Assembly (NCBI GenBank): GCA_903828055.1
Contig: CAIKKP010000057.1
Coordinates: forward strand, 1 to 17,587
From: an uncultured bacterium
GTDB lineage: Bacteria > Patescibacteriota > Andersenbacteria > UBA10190 > CAIZMI01
Direction: 5' to 3'
Length of the DNA stretch: 17,587 nucleotides
Part shown: piece by piece, positions 13,671 to 17,587 of the stretch
How the letters are laid out: each line of letters starts with the position of its first letter
Position numbering within the stretch: position 1 is the first letter of the stretch
Position numbers and translations under genes: made by a program
Notes under the pieces: generated by a model
The model's database searches: none
What the model was told of the DNA's origin: nothing
The model's input: the letters and a program-made list of their open reading frames with translations, nothing else

Positions 13671-14423
13671 ATGGGCTCCTGCTCAATGGCAGGAGAGACG
13701 TCTGTGACGTATGGGCAGGAATCCGCTATACTGCTTTTGATGCAAAAAGATTATATCATCGCCGTTGGGGGATCGATCATTTGTCCGGACAAAGTTAATA
13801 CGGAGTATCTTAAGGCGTTGCATGCCTTTATCCGGGGTGAGATAAGAGATGGTAAACGCTTTATTTTGGTGGTAGGGGGTGGGGCACCGGCTAGAACTTT
13901 TCAAAAAGCGGCCGCTGAGGTGGTAGACGTGCCGGATGAAGATAAAGATTGGCTTGGTATTCATGCCACACGTCTTAATGCCCATCTTTTGCGGACGGTT
14001 TTTCGCGAGGAAGCAAATCCCGTGATTTTTGAAGCGCGCGGAAAAATTACGGAATTCGGCAGTTATCCTTTGATAATTGGTGCCGGATGGCGACCGGGAT
14101 GGTCGACGGATTTTGTAACAGTGCAAATAGCGGTTGATTTTAAAAATCCGCAGGCGATTATTTTAGGCAAACCGGAATTTGTTTATGATAAGGATAATCA
14201 AGCTTTTCCGGATGCCAAGCCGTATGTCAAAATGACTTGGGAAGAATATATGAAACTGGTGCCGGCTAAATGGTCACCGGGTATTCACGCGCCGGTGGAT
14301 CCGGTGGCGGCTAAGCTTGCACAAAAAGAAAAATTACGCGTGATTGTGGCGGGTGGCAAAGATTTGCAGAATGTAAAAGATATTTTAGACGGGAAAGATT
14401 TTAGAGGAACAACGATAGAATAA
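13671..14423 (+). CDS. pyrH: UMP kinase of the archaeal-type amino-acid-kinase fold
   Basis: IIAVGGSII...FILVVGGGAPAR...DWLGIHATRLNAHLL matches the archaeal-like PyrH consensus. The true start may be the internal Met at about 13740 (MQKDYIIAVGGS). Confidence 0.65.
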   Translation: MGSCSMAGETSVTYGQESAILLLMQKDYIIAVGGSIICPDKVNTEYLKALHAFIRGEIRDGKRFILVVGGGAPARTFQKAAAEVVDVPDEDKDWLGIHATRLNAHLLRTVFREEANPVIFEARGKITEFGSYPLIIGAGWRPGWSTDFVTVQIAVDFKNPQAIILGKPEFVYDKDNQAFPDAKPYVKMTWEEYMKLVPAKWSPGIHAPVDPVAAKLAQKEKLRVIVAGGKDLQNVKDILDGKDFRGTTIE

Positions 14424-14514
14424 TGAATTTGTGGCTCAAAATACTTTAATAGTAAAAAAGCATAGCTAATTGGTCCGTTTTTTTGTATGCTTAGTCCATC
14501 GCTGAAACAAATAC

Positions 14515-15183
14515 ATGAATAAAGGATCTAAACAAAAAAAAGTTTATCGATTAGCTGATGAACAACAAGGTCATTCAGGGTTATCATTTTTCCAGATTTT
14601 TTTACGCGCGAGTGTTGTTTTTTCTTTTGCCTTTATAATGTTGTGTACGTTTTTTGTGTCGGCCGCAATCTTGCCCAAGAAAGTTGTAATTTTGAATGTT
14701 CCGCGCGGTGCCTCAATTAATATCGGAATGCCCACGGCAAAGAAGGACGCGATAAAACTGATTGAAATTTGTCGAGGCGCATTAATTCCAAAATGTACGG
14801 TGTTGGCAAAGAATGTGCCTGGCGTAAAAAAAGTTATTAAAATTCCTGTCACTTATGCGATGGGGAATGCGACTATTAAAATTTCCATTACAAATAGTGT
14901 CTTGGGGAAAACAACAAAAACTCCGCTGGCTGATAAGAAAGTGAAAATTATTGCGGTTAAGACGTCTGGTGGTGGCTCTGGCGGAGGCGGTGGCGGAAGC
15001 AGTGGTGGCGGTTCCAGTTCCAGTTCTTCTGAAAGTACAATTACGTTAATCAATGGTGGTGTTTCAACACCAACACCAACACCGGTAAGCACCCCCTCTT
15101 CCGGTGGAACAATTATTCGTGCCACTCCTACACCAACACCATCAATAAACAATACAACAAAACCGGTTTTGATTAATCATTAA
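14515..15183 (+). CDS. Membrane-anchored protein with Gly/Ser and Thr/Pro low-complexity linkers, function unknown
   Basis: 222 aa with one TM (residues about 33-55), a middle region, then SGGGSGGGGGGSSGGGSSSSSS and TPTPTPVSTP...TPTPTPS tracts. Confidence 0.5.
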   Translation: MNKGSKQKKVYRLADEQQGHSGLSFFQIFLRASVVFSFAFIMLCTFFVSAAILPKKVVILNVPRGASINIGMPTAKKDAIKLIEICRGALIPKCTVLAKNVPGVKKVIKIPVTYAMGNATIKISITNSVLGKTTKTPLADKKVKIIAVKTSGGGSGGGGGGSSGGGSSSSSSESTITLINGGVSTPTPTPVSTPSSGGTIIRATPTPTPSINNTTKPVLINH

Positions 15184-15226
15184 AACTTGTTAGACAGGGG
15201 CTAAAAACCGATATACGCTCATCTTT

Positions 15227-17059
15227 GTGAGTGACTCAAACGTTGAACAAGTAAAAGAGCGGACGGATATTGCGCAACTGATAGGTGAACAGGTGCGCCT
15301 AAAGCGCGTGGGTGGTAATTATAAAGGTCTTTGTCCATTTCATACCGAAAAGACGCCTTCTTTTATCGTAACTCCAAGTCGTCAGATGTTTCATTGCTTT
15401 GGTTGTGGAAAATCCGGTGATGTTTTTACTTGGGTAATGGAAAAAGAAGGGATGACTTTTGCCGAGGCTTTGAGGGTATTGGCTCAGCGAGCAGGGGTGA
15501 CACTTGCGTTCGAAAAACCGGAACATCGGGAAGAAAAAGAACAATTACGATCCACCCTTGATACCACCGCGGAATTTTATAAAGCCATCTTTGAAAAAAC
15601 TACAGCCGGAAAAAGCGCGCGTGATTATTTATTGGGACGCGGTTTAACGGAGGAAACAATTAGTGCTTGGCGGATTGGTTATGTTCCGCCATCCGGAACA
15701 CCCTTGATTGAAAAAGCAAAAAATCGTGGCGTGACGGTAAATGATCTAATTCAAACCGGCATTGTCGCACAAGGTAGTCGTGGATATTACGAAAGATTTT
15801 TTGGGCGTGTAATTTTTCCGCTCACTGATATGCATGGTTCGGTGGTGGGATTGGCGGGGCGTATATTGAAAGATGATCCCAATCGGCCGGTGGCAAAATA
15901 TATCAATAGTCCGGAGACGGTTTTGTATCGAAAGAGCAAGATATTGTACGGTTTGGATCGGGCGCGCGATATGATTCGCAAAGAAGATCTCGCCATTATC
16001 GTTGAAGGATATACGGATGTGATGGGTTCGCATCAAGCCGGTGTGGCAAATACGGTCGCAACTTCTGGTACAGCCTTAACGGAAGAACATTTACAAATTA
16101 TTAAGCGTTTCACGGAAAATATCGCGTTTGCTTTTGACGGGGATACGGCGGGGGACAATGCCAATCGTCGCGCTATTGATATGGCAATCGCGTCTGGATT
16201 TTCGGCGACGGTTGTGTTGTTGCCGGATGGGCAGGATCCGGCTGATGTGGCAATTAAAACTCCTGATGCATGGCGACAGGCAATCGCGGAGCGTAGTGAT
16301 GCTTTTACATTTTTGCTTCAGAGGGCTTTAAAAAAATATCCGAAAATGGATACACAGGATAAGAAAAATATCGCTGGCGAATTGTTGCCCCTTTTAGCTA
16401 AGATTCCCGAAGCGATTACACGCGGGGATTATTTACAGCGACTAGGGCAGGCGGTAGGAATCGAGTCGCGTTATCTGAATGAGGAAATCAAGCGCCTACA
16501 AACGGTGGCATCAAAAATCGGTGCAACAGTACCGTCCCCGACCAGGATCGGGGATCCACGCGTCGTCGAAAAACCTAAAATCGCACCTCAACAATTCGAC
16601 CCAATCGTGCTCAAAGAGGAGCGTTTACTAACGCTTTTGTTGGTGGCGCCCGGTGCGCTTCCGTATGTTTTGGAACATTTGCCAAGCGAGGTCTTTTCTG
16701 GTAATCATACGAGGGACTTGTTTAATGAGTATATTAGGTTGTATAATGCCCAATACCGCAAGGAGGCCTCGTTTGATTTTTCTGAGCTTAGGGAAAATCT
16801 CAACGAAGAGCTCCGTCGGCTGGTCGATATCTTCCTCCTCGCTATCGAGGTTGAACAAGAAGAAGGGTTACTCGATCAGCCCGATCTGGAAGTCCGTACG
16901 CTGCTGAAAGAACTGCTCCAGTCTTATCTCCGTAAATGTTTAAACATTCAGAGTAATAAGCTTGAGCAAGCAGATCCGCAACAAAAATCAGTTCTAATGC
17001 AAGAGATTGATCAGCTAAGAGAAAAACTGATCCAAGCGGAAAGTCTTACGACAACATAA
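15227..17059 (+). CDS. dnaG: DNA primase
   Basis: GTG start. Zinc-binding domain CPFHTEKTPSF...FHCFGCGKSGDVFTW. TOPRIM region with EGYTDV and DGDTAGD. 610 aa. Confidence 0.95.
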   Translation: MSDSNVEQVKERTDIAQLIGEQVRLKRVGGNYKGLCPFHTEKTPSFIVTPSRQMFHCFGCGKSGDVFTWVMEKEGMTFAEALRVLAQRAGVTLAFEKPEHREEKEQLRSTLDTTAEFYKAIFEKTTAGKSARDYLLGRGLTEETISAWRIGYVPPSGTPLIEKAKNRGVTVNDLIQTGIVAQGSRGYYERFFGRVIFPLTDMHGSVVGLAGRILKDDPNRPVAKYINSPETVLYRKSKILYGLDRARDMIRKEDLAIIVEGYTDVMGSHQAGVANTVATSGTALTEEHLQIIKRFTENIAFAFDGDTAGDNANRRAIDMAIASGFSATVVLLPDGQDPADVAIKTPDAWRQAIAERSDAFTFLLQRALKKYPKMDTQDKKNIAGELLPLLAKIPEAITRGDYLQRLGQAVGIESRYLNEEIKRLQTVASKIGATVPSPTRIGDPRVVEKPKIAPQQFDPIVLKEERLLTLLLVAPGALPYVLEHLPSEVFSGNHTRDLFNEYIRLYNAQYRKEASFDFSELRENLNEELRRLVDIFLLAIEVEQEEGLLDQPDLEVRTLLKELLQSYLRKCLNIQSNKLEQADPQQKSVLMQEIDQLREKLIQAESLTTT

Positions 17060-17061
17060 CT

Positions 17062-17587
17062 ATGGCAGCTTCAAAAAAGCACTCCTCACACACCGAGAAG
17101 AAAGCCAAAAAGGCGACTCGGTCAAAACAGAATAAAGTTATTACAAGGGCGGCAAAAAAACATACAGCCGTACAAACTAGAATCGCGTTTAAAAAAGGCG
17201 CTCACGGTAAGTCACACAAGCACGAAAGCAAACCTATTATCAAACCAAAAAAAGTTGAAAAATTAACCGCGGAAGAAATTATGGCTTCCATGGCTGTTGA
17301 AAGTTTGTTGCGAAAAGGGCAACAGGTTGGTTTTGTTACGGAAGAAGAAATTATGCGTGCTATTCCGGAAGTGGAAGATAATATTGAGGCGCTTGAAATG
17401 TTTTATGATAAACTTTCCAGTCGCGGTTTGCGCATTGAAGAGCCGGTCAGTTCTTTGATTGATTATGAAATACCAAGTGATAATAAGGACGATGATAAAA
17501 TAAAAGTGAAAGGTAAAAAAGCAGAATCGGTGAAAGGAAGGCATGTAGCAACTAAAAGTGGTGATGATAATATTATCGATATCAGTA
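17062..17587 (+). CDS. rpoD: RNA polymerase sigma-70 factor, N-terminal part (runs off window end)
   Basis: ATG lies 2 nt after the dnaG stop. A basic N-terminal tail is followed by LLRKGQQVGFVTEEEIMRAIPEVEDNIEALEMFYDKLSSRGLRI, which is sigma70 region 1.1/1.2. The dnaG-rpoD order is the conserved operon arrangement. Confidence 0.85.
   Translation, partial: MAASKKHSSHTEKKAKKATRSKQNKVITRAAKKHTAVQTRIAFKKGAHGKSHKHESKPIIKPKKVEKLTAEEIMASMAVESLLRKGQQVGFVTEEEIMRAIPEVEDNIEALEMFYDKLSSRGLRIEEPVSSLIDYEIPSDNKDDDKIKVKGKKAESVKGRHVATKSGDDNIIDIS

Noticed and set aside
14940-15130. The Gly/Ser and Thr/Pro repeat DNA as a CRISPR array or a phase-variation simple-sequence repeat
   Set aside because: The repeats are imperfect codon-level repeats inside a continuous ORF. 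There is no spacer-repeat periodicity and no pure simple-sequence tract.
1-17587. CRISPR arrays, rRNA genes or additional tRNAs
   Set aside because: No regularly spaced direct repeats, no rRNA-like segments and no further cloverleaf candidates were seen on reading the window.

Overview
This is a low-GC bacterial chromosomal segment with housekeeping genes at both ends and a tRNA-anchored accessory region in the middle. The AT-rich leaders lacking Shine-Dalgarno motifs, the recurring TGCTATAAT extended -10 boxes, an archaeal-type UMP kinase and many DUF-type small membrane proteins suggest a Patescibacteria/CPR-like genome; this is inference.

Housekeeping genes: a pyruvate kinase, a DUF4870 membrane protein and a DUF4349 envelope protein on the left, and UMP kinase followed by the dnaG-rpoD operon on the right.

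Accessory region: a tRNA-Ser(CGA) at 3968-4057 is followed directly by two adjacent gene cassettes, each bracketed by its own long GC-rich inverted repeat.
- Cassette 1 carries a large serine recombinase inside a perfect 134-bp inverted repeat (4052-4185 and 5618-5751). This repeat begins in the last 6 nt of the tRNA.
- Cassette 2 carries a NodU/CmcH-type carbamoyltransferase inside a 153/155-bp inverted repeat of about 94 % identity (5748-5900 and 7675-7830).
- The inner copies of the two repeats abut with a 4-nt overlap (GCGG). The same tetranucleotide lies at all three repeat junctions.
- A 15-nt direct copy of the tRNA 3' segment (7978-7992) ends at exactly the nucleotide where the first repeat begins. 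This suggests an integrated island of about 3.9 kb (4052-7977).

Downstream of the island lie an orphan CheY-like receiver, a 375-nt GC-cored non-coding region, and a four-gene translationally coupled operon. That operon encodes three unknown proteins and a TrwB/TraD/VirD4-like coupling-protein ATPase.

No rRNA or CRISPR array is present, and several GC-rich structured intergenic elements are flagged as candidate regulatory RNAs.
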